Below are positions 51,681-64,000 of a stretch of 64,000 nucleotides of DNA, in pieces. This stretch comes from Phoronis australis. Lineage: Eukaryota; Animalia; Phoronida. Position numbers and translations under genes: made by a program. The DNA lies in assembly GCA_002633005.1 (NCBI GenBank), contig NMRA01000052.1, positions 1,105,235 through 1,169,234 of the forward strand. Direction: 5' to 3'. A model generated the notes under the pieces. That model saw only the letters and a program-made list of their open reading frames with translations. It made no database searches and was not told the DNA's origin. Each line of letters opens with the position of its first letter. Position 1 is the stretch's first letter.

Positions 51681-54345
51681 GTCTAACTCGAAGTATCAAT
51701 TTTCAACTTCTAAGTCCTGAAATCATCTCTTATTTGGCTAAGGAATAGTTTAACACCCATGTCGTAACGGTGAGTGGTCTAATTCCATTAAACGTAGTTC
51801 ATTGTGATGGGAGGCGGAATCATAGTCGCTTTAGGATATCAAATTGCCAGACGAGTACAATAAATTTATTCATTTTTAATGAAAAACGAAACCATTAAGC
51901 ACCTATAGCTTGAACCGCTGATGCGAAATTAAACTAATTAGCGTCGTTTCTGCTCAAAGATTCTCGAATTCACAACGGGGCTCAACGCGCCAGAGTACCA
52001 GAAACACTGAGTAATGAATGGACCAAATTCAACCTGCCGGTGTCAATGCGAGGGCATCCGTCTCACGAATAGGTTAGTTCTCAGACTCACCTGTCAACGA
52101 ACTTTACAGTCACCACTCTGGCTGCCCAGTTTTCTCTACGTACAAAATATGTGCGGAAATACAACACTTCGTGTTATGACTCACGCGAGGGATTCCAGAC
52201 CTCTTTTACTCCCCGTTTGTTTTTATTGCGATAAGCACTACAAATTTCTTACACCACCAAGCCAAAACAGCTTGCCTGTGTGGATGCTTCCGTGAGATAA
52301 AATGTTTACATCGGCTGGGTAAACAAATTCCAATTTTTTGTGATATCTAAATACTTGCCCAGTGCGCGACGAGCATTTCCAACTGTCGTGAACAGGTCCA
52401 GACAGCTACAAAGTGGTGTTCTAATTCAAATCTAGAATATCGATTGGAACTTCAGACGATTTGCATGAACATAATACGTGCGTGTTCATGCAATGTACCT
52501 CTGTGACTGACTGACTGACTCACAGTTGTTGTCTGTGTTCAGCGCTAACAGTAGCAAAAGATTTAGTCTAATCCAAGCACAAAAATACTAATGGTTGGGG
52601 ATCAGACCACAATTAGTGGTCTGAGGTTGGGGAAAGTCTGTTGTGTACTTACTGCGGCGATAGGATATATCACTCCCTCATGGTGCGAGAATTGAACATG
52701 TGCGCAGATCCGCTATCTATGCTACGTCTTCGGTATCTGGTTCAATAATGAGTTCTGGAGTGGGTTAAACTACTTAACATGGCTCGCTAAGTAGTTTGGA
52801 GTTGTCTCCCATCTGAGACATCGATCGAGAAAATTCACTAGCTGTTGAACAGAGATGAGAGGAGGAGTTGGCGACGTGTTGTGCCCAACGCATTTGAGAT
52901 GCCGTGAAATTCCGGGGATACATGGCCGCTCAGATGGGCGGGGTTTAGTTAGCCCATTATCATAGATTCAGAACAAAACAACGATACCAATTACAAAATG
53001 AAATCTCTAACTCCAACGTTGTCACATTCGTTTTCCGAGTTACGGCGTCTTATGAAACATTCGTAATTTGTACTTCTATTTTGTGATCGAGTCTTTCGTG
53101 CCAAAGGGAATCAAACGTTTTGAAAATAATACCCACCACAGTATCTGAAAGTTTCATATGAATCCGAATTGCCGCTCTTTGGGATGTAATGATCTAAAGA
53201 TAGCCAAATTTGGATAATTTTCTAGGGTTCTACTTAACCTAAAGGATTCGACAGGCTATTTTAGGAGTCCCGCATAAAAAGGACTTTTTATTTAAGTAAA
53301 TTGTTCAACTCTTGGACCCCATGCACAGCCACATCCCAGATACATCGGCAGTCCAATGAACCCTAAATGTGCAGGAAACGGCGCCTACTGTAATTTACAA
53401 AATCGGTTTCATCATGTTCCTTTAATTGCTCAAATCAGAAATCATTTGTTTTTTTAGAAGCACTCACTTCAGGTCAAGTTAATAAGTAGTTTGCTCGTTG
53501 ACAGCTAGTTAGCGTCAGCCGCCGAAGCCAGAATTTTAGCCGTTGCACTGAAAGTAGTTTCACCAAGAACGCGATGACGTTGCATTGCAAGAGCAAATGT
53601 GCCTAGGAAAAAAAAGTGTTTTTGACACCAAACATGGTTTTAGCGGCTTCAGTTCAGTAGATGGATTAGGCCAAATGGAAAAATGCTCTATGAACGGGTT
53701 CACCTTTTCATAGTTTTCGACAATGGGGCCTTCTTATTTTGCCTAATAATGTAGCCATTGTTTTTCCCTCATTCATTTCTTGGTCAGCAGCACACACTCG
53801 TCATAAATAGTGAAGCGCACTACGGTATTTAATATTCTTTAAGTGGTCAGGTATTAAAAAGGTGACGTATTTGTAATAATTCGCCCCTTTGACCTCGGTC
53901 TACCAAATCTCCACACCCCCCGCGCCCTCCGTTCCGTCACGAAATCTTCTGTGCACCCCCTTGCCCGACACTGTCTTCTCAGTTTTCAAAAATACAGACG
54001 TCAGTGACTAAATTTGAAGCCAAATACACCGGTTAGTTCTGTCTTAAACGGGCTTCATAACTGCCCGTGAACTAAACTGAACTGCACGCCGACTTGCTTT
54101 AAATATAGGGAAACCGTGACAGCACGTCCGTTCTCCGAAGCAGGTAACATAAATCTGAAACCTTTTTATCTGATTTTGATTGTTGAATGACAACCTTATT
54201 GGTAAAAAATGAAACGTGCCAGGCGATAGTATAGTTAGCCATCGCTTTTGTAATCCTACGCATATATAACCAGACTTACAAGTATGCAAATAAATTTTAA
54301 ATAACTTTGTATGATAGGAAATCATCAGTATACTCAGTTCATATT

Positions 54346-55140
54346 CAGTGCCGGCTTAAACAATTTCCGGACGCGTAGCATAAATCGAAGCGCGAGGCCC
54401 TACTCATACGACGATTATCTCAAACCAAAAGCAAAATAGGTGTGATTTTCAGTTTTGAGAAGAAAAGCAATTGGGACGGCTCATGAGACTGTGCATCCAC
54501 TGGGCAACGCATAGAATAGCGGGATTGCAACCGAATTGATTTAATGATTGCGCATGTCCGGAAATTAGGGTGCGCAAAGGCTATTGACTATATCGGGAGT
54601 TCACACACCGCTAATCACAGGCTCCGCGCTTGTGCCAGAAACACGGCACCTACAAATCGATTACTCAATGGCATGCGAGCACCCAAAGGAGAGGAGGGGG
54701 GCTCGAACGAGTCCCCATTTGGTGAAGTAAGCAAAAAGGTCCTCCTTAGAGAAACAAAAACTCTGAAAAAGTTGAAAACGAGACAAAAGTCCATCAATAA
54801 GCAGGAACTACCAAAAGTCGGCGAATGCGCAATTCATAGCTCTGATCGTACCCCGTGAATCATAGTAAAAGGTCCACATTCTCAAGAATTTGCTCCCCCC
54901 AATTTTTAATACTTCTTGCGCGCATGAATGGATCCCCACACTCTCGACACAACATGTCCTGAAAATGGTGGTGCCGCAACAAAACCTTTCGCGCCACCAG
55001 AGGTCAGTGCTTCCATAAGAGTAGAAACATGTATACGCTTATGGCAGAGGTGCCTCTAAAACTGTTGTGGTTGCGGGGCCCCAAAAAGCGCGGAACCCGT
55101 AGCATACGCTACTTCAGCTACGATGTTTATCTGCGCACTG
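54346..55140. mobile_element. hAT-type non-autonomous element (~795 bp)
   Basis: CAGTGC...GCACTG termini, 8-bp TSD TTCATATT/TTCACATT (7/8 match), subterminal 'gcgcg..cgtagcat' motifs at both ends. Confidence 0.65.
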
Positions 55141-58100
55141 TTCACATTCACTCAAATAGTCTTAGTTCGTCCTGAAACTGTACTGATCAACTACTATGAC
55201 GGACGAAGTCATAAACACCCTTTTAATCTGTTAAAACATCGACTGAATCTTATCAGTCGAAAGATCTTACCAAAATAGGCACATTTCTTACGTGACAACC
55301 CTGCTTGCATTTGCGTTTTTCAAAGTGAAATTTCATTCAATAGGGGTGGCCATGTACTGCCATCTATCAAACCAAAAAATTTACATTAAATATCCATTTA
55401 TTTTGAAATTGGACATAATTTGGGGACTAGGTTTCATCGAAGTGGTTTGGGATGAAATTATTTTTTGTCGGTAAGATATTTCAAGCGTAAGAAAATTTTA
55501 CCAAATGTCGTAATATACATTTTTCATTAACTTGCAACGATTTAATTTCACTTAGAAAAAAGAAATTGACATCTTTTAGATGACCTTGACAATGTCCGGC
55601 TGGACAAGGGTGCATTCCCTAGAAGCAACAAACTCGCGTAAAAGAAAGATCACGGAGTATCACGGGAGCGGTGAACATGAGTGCTTCGCGAGTAAGCTCA
55701 GGACATTACTTGAGTATCATATAAAAACGGCGGCGAGAGAAATGATTGTGCAGCGAGACTGGAATGTTGAATTATGGCACAGAATTCACTGCTTCAGTTC
55801 CATCAGAGCCACTGCGCACGATGAGCCACGAGCTGAGCGATCGGCCTCAAGTAGGCCATAGCCGAGCTTACAACTCAAGTCACCTCAAGACGCGAAAATA
55901 CGAAAATAGTGTAATTAGCCACTGTAATTCATTCAAAGACTGACTGCTCTGTTATCTTCCATTTGAGGCAGCTCAGCTCCAAAGTCTCCGTCTGCAGTGA
56001 CCATAGGCAAAAAATTGTCACCGCAAGTGCTTCGCCGACAGTATTTCGTCTACCGAACACAGCCATGAGAAGAAAACTGGAAATTTTTCTTGCAAGTCAA
56101 ACCTGGGGCGCGGGGTCTAGTCATTGTACTCTTAATAGAAATTGTTTTTGATAATTTCCGTTCTGGTTTATGCAAACTCAAGATAACTATCTATGATCCC
56201 ATAAGTTATGGTTTACCTGGACGACTGCCAAGTCCTAGATTCATTGCACTGGATGACCTCTTGCATTAAAGCTATAAGCTCGAGTCTAAACTCGAAATTT
56301 TGTGTTTTTACTCCAATTTGTAGCTTAAATTTAGGGTCATCAAGTGCGAACTTGGACTAGAAACTCACCTGCCTATAAACCGTATGCATGGGCAGAAAGT
56401 AAAAACCCTGACACTTATGTTGAGTTTGTAGTAAAGCTGGATTTAAAATGTCGATTCCGAGTACAAAAATTAGACCTAGAGGCCCGGTGACGAGGAGATT
56501 TCAACGAACACGTTATCTTTACCAGATCAATTCTAACAGCGAGGCTATACTGTGAAATAGCAAACTTTTCACATTTTCTGAATTGACCACGCATAAGATT
56601 CACTTCCGCCGACATTTCCAAAGTGAAAATTGTAGGCCTGTCTTTCACAAAAATATTTGCCATAATCACATATCAGTCGATCATGCTTAGCAAATCCTGT
56701 CGATTGAGTTCTTTCCAGGTTTTTATAGTAACAATAGTGCCAGTCAAACAATGCAGCTGTCACATAAAGCTTCAGATGGCGATCCGATGATTGTCCGAGC
56801 TAAAATGGATTTATCGGCCGACAGTCGCGATCGGATTGCTGGTTCAGTCGGCCTCGGGTCGCTGTAAGAAGTCACCAGTTAGTGTACTGGCGGGAGTGAT
56901 GAAATTATTCCGACGGCCGGCCGATTTCACAATCGCAGGACGTCCGGCAAATCACCAGGAAATGTTAGTCGAAATCCGCCGGCAATCGTCCAATGACCTG
57001 CAGACAGCAGGCCTCCTTCATTTGATCGGTCGACGTCAACGGCTATCGCTTGACATGCTGTCGATCACCGACAAAAGTGTCGACGTCGGAGTAGCATCTA
57101 CATCTTTACCCCTACTTCCGATTGGACAAAAATCGCCCGAACTCAATCGGCGAGATCAACTGCGCATCACTAGATAATTATGTGAAAAATAACGCGCGTG
57201 CCGGCAGGCAATTGTGGGCACTTTGATATCAGAAGGGCATCGGTCCATCGTCGGCTAATGATCAAAGACATCCCCTAAGAACTGCATGCCCACGCACGAT
57301 CACGGTCAATATAAACTGGGCCACGTGAGAAAATCGGCTGGTTGCCGGAAACAAATAACATTGCTCGATGGGTACGCATAGACTATATTCACGCGGCGGA
57401 CATTAAAATCCAAAGCGAGGCTCACTGCGATAAACAAAGCGGAAATTTACATTGCGTGAGTTAAATGGCCGGTCTTTGGTGTCCAACCTGAATATTAAAT
57501 CTTAAAAATGTGTCAATAATTAACCACAGAGACGTAGAAAAATACAGTTAAAGAACAAGTCAGTGCACCAAAGAGTTGTCTGAGGAAAGGATATAGTTTT
57601 TTTCCGGAAAACTAGGTTCGGAACATGAAAGTAAACATGACCAGATTGCGGCGGTCGTAGTGTTACGGATTAGGTATCATGCTGAATGCAGGGTTACGTT
57701 TCTTCTAATAAATTCATGATAAAAATGCTTTCTACACGAACCAGGTCATCTGGTCGTATTGTTGACGAGTTGAAGATATATTCGACAGTGGTGGCTCATA
57801 GCATTTTGCTGTCATGTGCAATCAGTCTCATCTGGTTTAATTTGTTGATCAAGGGTAGGCCTATTAGCTTCAAGCATAGCCTAGGTCCTGGTGAGGTAGG
57901 CACTACCGGTACTAACAGTTGATTTGTCATTGATCTGAAATAATACTTGATATTATTAAATATATATTTTGAATACGATAAAAAACTAGGCTCGCAATTG
58001 AAAATAAAATTATATGACCATCAATTCTGCTTTCTTGGTTTTAATAATTACGTCTATTTCATGTGTTATATTTTTCAAATATCAATCTCAACTAAGTTGA

Positions 58101-58182
58101 ATTTTAAAATTAAAACACCTAATTCTTTCGTCCAAAGCATAACCTCGTTTTAGAGCTCAATTTCAGTTAACGGGACAGAACA

Positions 58183-58336
58183 CAGTGGTGGATTCAGAAG
58201 GGAGCCAAGGGGCTATGCCCCCCAGCCCCCCCTAAAATTCTCATTTGGCAGTTCAGGAGCGCGAATTTCTGACGGGCAAAATCCTGGCTAATACTCTGCC
58301 TTGCCCCCCCCCAACTCAAAGTCCTGGATCACCCTG
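58183..58336 (+). repeat. Dispersed short repeat family (core aaaatcctggctaatactctgcc); other copies ~14420-14513, ~36650-36795, ~62158-62280 (reverse)
   Basis: The core motif and 'cctagatc(t/c)gcc'-type ends recur at four loci. Confidence 0.65.
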
Positions 58337-59510
58337 GAACAAGCATAGTTATCATGTTTTTTCAGAGGCCTCGTTCATATCCGAGGGGAAAGGTGCCTCA
58401 TGTGTGTGCGGCTTTCTGAGAGGGGAACGTTTCGCCGAGTGAAGGGTCAGTGAAAACTCTACGGACCTCCCGATCACCATCAATAGCACCCCGCCCTTTT
58501 GCAAGCTCTCATAGCTCTGTCTCAAGTAGCATTTTCAGTGGCTGATCTAGGATACCATATAGGCCTAGTCAGTAGTGAGGGGGGAGCCCGGCATCCTCGG
58601 AGACTAGCGGGCAAAGCGCGATTGTATGCACGCAGGCGGCCCGGAAGTTGCGGGCGCCGAGAATGTATACCTTCTACTCAGGAAATCTGTCGTTGGACTA
58701 AAAAAAATAAAGGAACGTGTTTTCCCCCTCGTCCGCTACCCGGGTCCTAGCTCGAACTCAGTACAAGTTTCCTTCCGCTNCTTAGTCACAGGTGATTTGC
58801 CTGAACCGTTGAAGAGAAATTTGCAATCACAAAGGGGATTTTTAGACCTCGTGGCCGGGAATTTCGCGTGATTTTTCAATATTTTTGAGAGGGGAATAGG
58901 GCCGATATTTGGCCCCAAAATTGAGGAATTGTAGGCTACAACTATCGTAGCGAGCCTCGTTTTGGAACGCGCCTCCTGTCGGCGTGAATAGGGTCTATTG
59001 ACTGTGATTTTGACGCCGTCGCCAGGCCTACGTTCACTGGACGCTCGCCGATGTGACCATTTTCGCTGGCCGCAAACTCATTGAATCGCCGTCGGAAGTT
59101 TTATGTGACTGCAGCACAAGTGTAGCAATGTAAATGTTATCCAAGTGATTCACGCAGTCTTGTGTTCTGGAGGATATTCATGACATGGGCACAGAAATGA
59201 ATAATAAATGTTTTGAACTAACGATGCAGGTAAAGAGATGCGTCTTCGGAGCCCGATGAAGCACGGTGCGACATGAGCAAAACATTGGTTGAGTAGTCAT
59301 TCATGTTTTATTACTACTAGCTGAGATCAAACGATGACATTTACGTTAATTTCGAAGTTATAAATGTGCTTGAAGGTCTACAGAAAGTGACTGGTCTCAA
59401 AATTATAGCACTGACACCAGCCAAAAGGATGGTACTTTCACAGCTTCGCTAATCATGGGATGCGATTAGTATCAAAACATCATAGTTTCTTTGTCGTTGA
59501 ACAGCCTTTT

Positions 59511-62500
59511 CTAACTACGAAACGAGAACATGCTACGAAAAGCCGCAATCCATAATGGTATCTGATATCTATGCAAATGGAGCCAATAAGCTACTCCCAT
59601 GATGCCAACTAAACTATGAACACCTTTGTAAAGTCCTCCGACAGACGGCGCAAGACGCTGTGCTAAACTCAGCTCGAAAGGTTTCTCTGGAATGTCCTGT
59701 AAAATCAAATGAAATTTATTCAACAGTTGCAATCTTCCTTACTTCCTACGATGCTGACAAAAAGTAGAAGCAAACTCAAGATAGTGACTCGACCTCCCTC
59801 ATAAACGGCGCGGACGTTCTCCGTTGCGCTCTAACGGCAGTTTGGGATTAATTTTACGCGTTGGGGCCTACTTGGGGATCGACGTATTTTTCCTGGGGAT
59901 CCAAGATTCTTGAAACTTTTGTAGCATGTATGATGCGAACGAGCTCGAAAAAGTTCACTCCCAGGATGCTCGAGAAAACTTGACATAAATTTAAGTCTTT
60001 ATAATTCCTCTCCCCTACACAACCAACCGTTGGATGCAATGTCCTGGTACTTTCAATGAAAATGTCAATGCAGCAAAAGTGTTGGCTTAGGTGCTTATTT
60101 GCCAACAAGCGTTACATTTGCATTTCAGTAATGTTAAATTCGCCACGATTACAACCTAACTGTCACGCCTGCACATGGCAAGATTACATCAGTTTTTGGC
60201 CCCAATAGGATCAAAAAACGGATAATGGCCGCACAAATGAAAAAGTTCATATTGATTCAACGTTTCGTCTATTCATTAGACATCATCAAGTTATAAACAA
60301 TAAGATGTCAAGTGTCGATATACCAGTCAGGTTACATGCATGAAGTGAAATGAGTGAGGCAACAAGACAGGAAACAGTACGTCTTGTTGCCTCACTCATT
60401 TCACTTCATGCATGTAACCTGACTGGTATATCGACACTTGGTGTCTTATTGTTTATAACCTGATGATGTCTAATGAATAGACGAAACGTTGAATCAATAT
60501 GAACTTTTTCATTTGTGCGGCGATTATCCGTTTTTTGATCACATGGCAAGAGTTTCAGTAGTTGACACAAGGCCTGATTTCTTCTCCTTTTTGGCAACTA
60601 TTGTCCATTGTATAAAAACTATAGTGAATGACCACCACATTTTCCTCCAAAAAGCGCAATGGCTGGTCATAAAATGTATGCTGCTCCTACGAGAAAAAAT
60701 GTGATTCGCGATAAGACCGGTGTTCGTAAAAAGAACTAAGTAGTGTGTGAAAACGTATAAATGCTGTTAATAAAAAATCTGTTTGTGACAAAAGAACAGA
60801 GTTAATGCAAGAACAGACGTGCTGTTCGGTAGGAAACAAGACAACTGCCTTCCTTAATTTTAAGGATAAAACCTGCAAATGGTAGTTTTTATCTTTTGTT
60901 CATTGTCTTCTTTGCATGACGAGCAAAAGAACGGATCAACAGGGTCTCTTAACTGACACCAATTCACATGGCGTCACTTTCAATGTTTTGTTTGTTTAGT
61001 GTTCATAAAACATTAAAACACAACAATTTGACTTGCCTTAGACACTGGCTCGGTTTGGTTTATCAAGTGTTCTTCGATTTTGCCTTCTGCGAACAGGATC
61101 TGTTGACGAAAACAAATTTAAACGTTTGACAACAGTTACAACAGAAGAGAAGCAAAACAACATAGGATATAACGTTCGTGCATCATCTGAGTTTCGAATG
61201 AAACCTGGGAGAATATTTCGAATATCTGAATTCAAACCAGTTTCTCTATTCAATGGTTGTAATATTGATAGAAAGTGTCTCCAAAATAATTGATTTGTGA
61301 TTCAAAATACACAACTTTCAGGCAAACAATCATACTGCAGGTGTACCTCTCTCGCCACTCGCTCGCCGCTCTGAACAGCACCCTCCATGTAACCGGACCA
61401 ATGACTGGCCGTCTCTGTACCGCCAAAATGAATGCGACCATGAGGCTTGCGAATTTCACTAGAAATAATTATTTTACATGTCAATGGCGTCGCGACCCAT
61501 TTACACTATAAAAGTTGACACGGATCAACCGAAACGAAACGAGATGATCGGGCGCAAGTATGCGTGTACACAGAACTGACAGGGAGAAAACTGACACCAC
61601 TTTTGTCACCCGTTTGTGAGGTAGAACAAGTTGCGCCCCATCATCATGCTTCGAGTCAACTATACGTCTAAACGAGAAACTGGGGCAAGGCGGAAGGGAT
61701 CATCTTTGATGCGCTTGCGCAAAAATTCACACACACATATATGTATGCAGGTGATCATTTTCGATTGTCAGTCAGCTGTTCAGCGCCTTGCCTTAACTTA
61801 AAACTCTTGGTGACTATTTTGTCAGATAATTGTCATGTCAGAATAGTTCACACAGTTAACTGCCAAGACTAGGTTCAACTCAAAAGCTAGGTTATGTACA
61901 TACAGTAAGTCTACTGATAAAAGCTTTTATGAGCTGATCAAAGGAAAATTCAATGTCACGAATTACGTAAACTTGGGAGGGAGAGATTGGAAGCACCACA
62001 ACAACAAAATAACAATAATAATGAACAGTGAGTCACGAAATTTGCAGCTTTGCGCATGAACACGCCAGATTCCTGCCACCGTCTCCGAGTTATTTGGTGC
62101 CACTTGACACTGATCATCTTGGCATGCGCCATGTCCGTTTTTGGTGTCCGCCTATTTACGGGCGGATCTAGCATTTAGAGTTGGTGGGCCAGGGTACAGT
62201 ATTAGCCAGGATTTTGCCCGTCAGACATTCGCCCACCCCAACTTCCGAATGGACTCTGGGAGAATATTAGGGGGCCATGGTCATCTGCTGACTAAGCAGC
62301 GCAGAATACTGAAGTCAACTTCATTCGAAAATGGGAACTCATCAGCTAAATAAGATTCTTCAAGACGTTTAGACGATACAGCTGCGGACGCCGGACGCCC
62401 TGTCGTACATAGAAGACGGCAATACACACACACATGTGTATTGGGTGGACGCATAAAAATTATCCACACGACCCACAATGAGAACTACAAATGCATACGG

Positions 62501-63931
62501 TCAGTGCGGGTAGAGGTCTATGGCGACGAGCAAGACAACCATTCTGACCAATCACAGCTATACCTTCCAAATCTCGTCATTACACCAGGCGGGTAAGCCG
62601 CTGTATAACATCCTCCCGTGAACCTCTCCTGTGTCCAGTCGTTCTCCACATATGCCGTTGGCTAGAAAATTTGTCAAAGTGTGTCAAAACTGAAACAAAA
62701 AATCTATTGGGAGTTTGAAGTTTTATTTAAAAATACTAGTTCAAGTTGCAAGAGTTGTCTAAGTTACTGCGCGCGACACTTTTTACTTTTGAGTATAACA
62801 TTTTACTGCATGTTTGACCTAAACATAATAATATTGGAGGCCAACAGTATGGGATTACCATTAAGCACGAAAGTTGCGAAGCCGACACAAACCGGTTTGA
62901 CGCATTTGCAGCCTGAATAACTTCATTTAAGATTTTGGCATCTCAGTGCGACCGGTAGGTTGAGATATTAGACTTGAAACGTGTAAAACGCACTGGGTAT
63001 GAGATTGTCAACGATATCTGAACATAGTGACACTTTCAAGGGTCTTGGGTGGCAATTTTCGCCAAACTTTCAGAATGTGAAGACAGTTATACCTCGCAGA
63101 ACCTTATTGATATGTGTTGAAATCGGTACGCAACAGGTATTTCTCGATCCTTGAGTGTTCATTTCCATGATGTCATTATCGACCCGGTGACCTCTGCTCT
63201 GGAGAGCTACGAGGAATAAACAAACTTCCATGGAGATTTCATTAAAATAGTAAATAAATGGTGAAAGTGGCGGTTGGTCATGATTTTTGCCAGCAATGCG
63301 TAAATATTACAGCTTCGTTTTGATATGGAATTTTTCACTTTATGCTCAAGTCTATATCTTTAGGCCCACTATGTATTTCAACCCGTGTAGTTCATTTGAA
63401 TTAAAACTTTCGCATCCCTATTTCTTATCCAGGAGTCCGCCAGCAAAGTAAAAACAAGAACTACGTGAAAGGTGTCTGAAGTCAAATTTTGCGACAACGA
63501 AAGAACGATCACTTACTTCCTCTAATTCCTGTATTCCATAAATTCGTGCTAGTGATTGGCACGTTCTCGTTTTTCTCTCCTCGAAGGAGAGGGGAGATAA
63601 CTGCTGCACACCGTCCCCGTTAACAAATCTGTAAATGAATTAATAAAACAGCATATCAATAGCCTAACATCATATTGGGTATTTTTTTACAAAATAAAAC
63701 TTTAAATAAACAGTTTTGGCATGCCTTGAGTGTTCACAGTCACTGCATCCTGCTAGTGAAGAGTTCATCCTGAACCCTCCCACATTTTCATAAATCGTTA
63801 CACAATCTTGCCTATGAACACCGCCAGTGCTTACATCGTTAAGGCGGGGAACGATCCGTCTGGTTTGCTGTCGTCATCCGTCGCCTTGACAGGCTCATTC
63901 AGTTTGTCGCTGTTGGTGAACCCACTAAGAC
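59511..63931 (-). CDS. Monoamine oxidase-like flavin amine oxidase, 3' part (gene continues beyond window end)
   Basis: Exons 63835-63931 ([12 protein letters not shown]), 63517-63628, 62564-62661 ([17 protein letters not shown]-attachment motif), 61347-61458 ([31 protein letters not shown]), 61037-61099 ([23 protein letters not shown] donor), 59511-59696 (hydrophobic C-terminal anchor). Confidence 0.9.
60173..60551. mobile_element. Palindromic Penelope-like insertion in the last MAO intron
   Basis: ~160-bp near-perfect inverted arms (60209-60368 / 60381-60540), a 25-bp one-sided extension, and an 11-bp flanking direct repeat ACATGGCAAGA (60173-60183, 60541-60551). Confidence 0.75.
60445..60500 (+). 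ncRNA. Minimal type I hammerhead ribozyme-like motif
   Basis: CTGATGA (60460-60466), T, stem II GTCTA-atgaa-TAGAC, GAAA (60483-60486), with palindromic AACGTT in place of stem III. Stem I pairing is weak. Confidence 0.55.
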
Positions 63932-64000
63932 CTACAAAGAGTAACAAAGAGCGACTTGTTCTCATTTTAACTCACTGAACCAGGCATGTTGGACAAAACA

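Noticed and set aside
56760-57390. GC-rich 128-aa ORF (56791-57177)
   Set aside because: No domain motif; CGGCCG/CGAT-rich sequence more like a transposon interior, with boundaries I could not define.
59250-59280. Hammerhead-like CCGATGAAGCACGGTGCGACA
   Set aside because: Both core boxes are mutated and there are no flanking stems.
59854-60108. ORF with IIHATK... as a candidate MAO penultimate exon
   Set aside because: Exon 61037-61099 matches the MAO sequence and splice phase better.

Overview
Eukaryotic (animal, probably marine invertebrate) draft-assembly DNA: AT-rich, many GT-AG introns, one 212-N gap, no prokaryotic features. Five spliced genes were reconstructed by hand. (1) Minus 818-15450: a 17-exon, ~1068-aa fusion of a PLP-dependent class-V cysteine-desulfurase-like domain to a bacterial-type TtcA-like PP-loop/2xCxxC tRNA thiolase; its first exon is duplicated across the gap. 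(2) RPL35A (minus, with a 5'TOP), head-to-head with (3) IQCG/DRC9 (plus). (4) A nearly intronless TRIM2/3-like TRIM-NHL E3 ligase (minus). (5) The 3' part of a monoamine-oxidase-like flavoprotein (minus) with a GC-AG intron. Non-coding DNA holds many MITE-like elements, an LTR, and two palindromic Penelope-like insertions with hammerhead-ribozyme-like cores. There is also a strand-asymmetric (G-U rich) multibranch RNA fold just past the RPL35A poly(A) signal. The strongest candidate for a new system is the desulfurase-TtcA fusion, a possible self-contained animal RNA thiolation (s2C-type) enzyme. All family assignments come from motif recall, not database searches.
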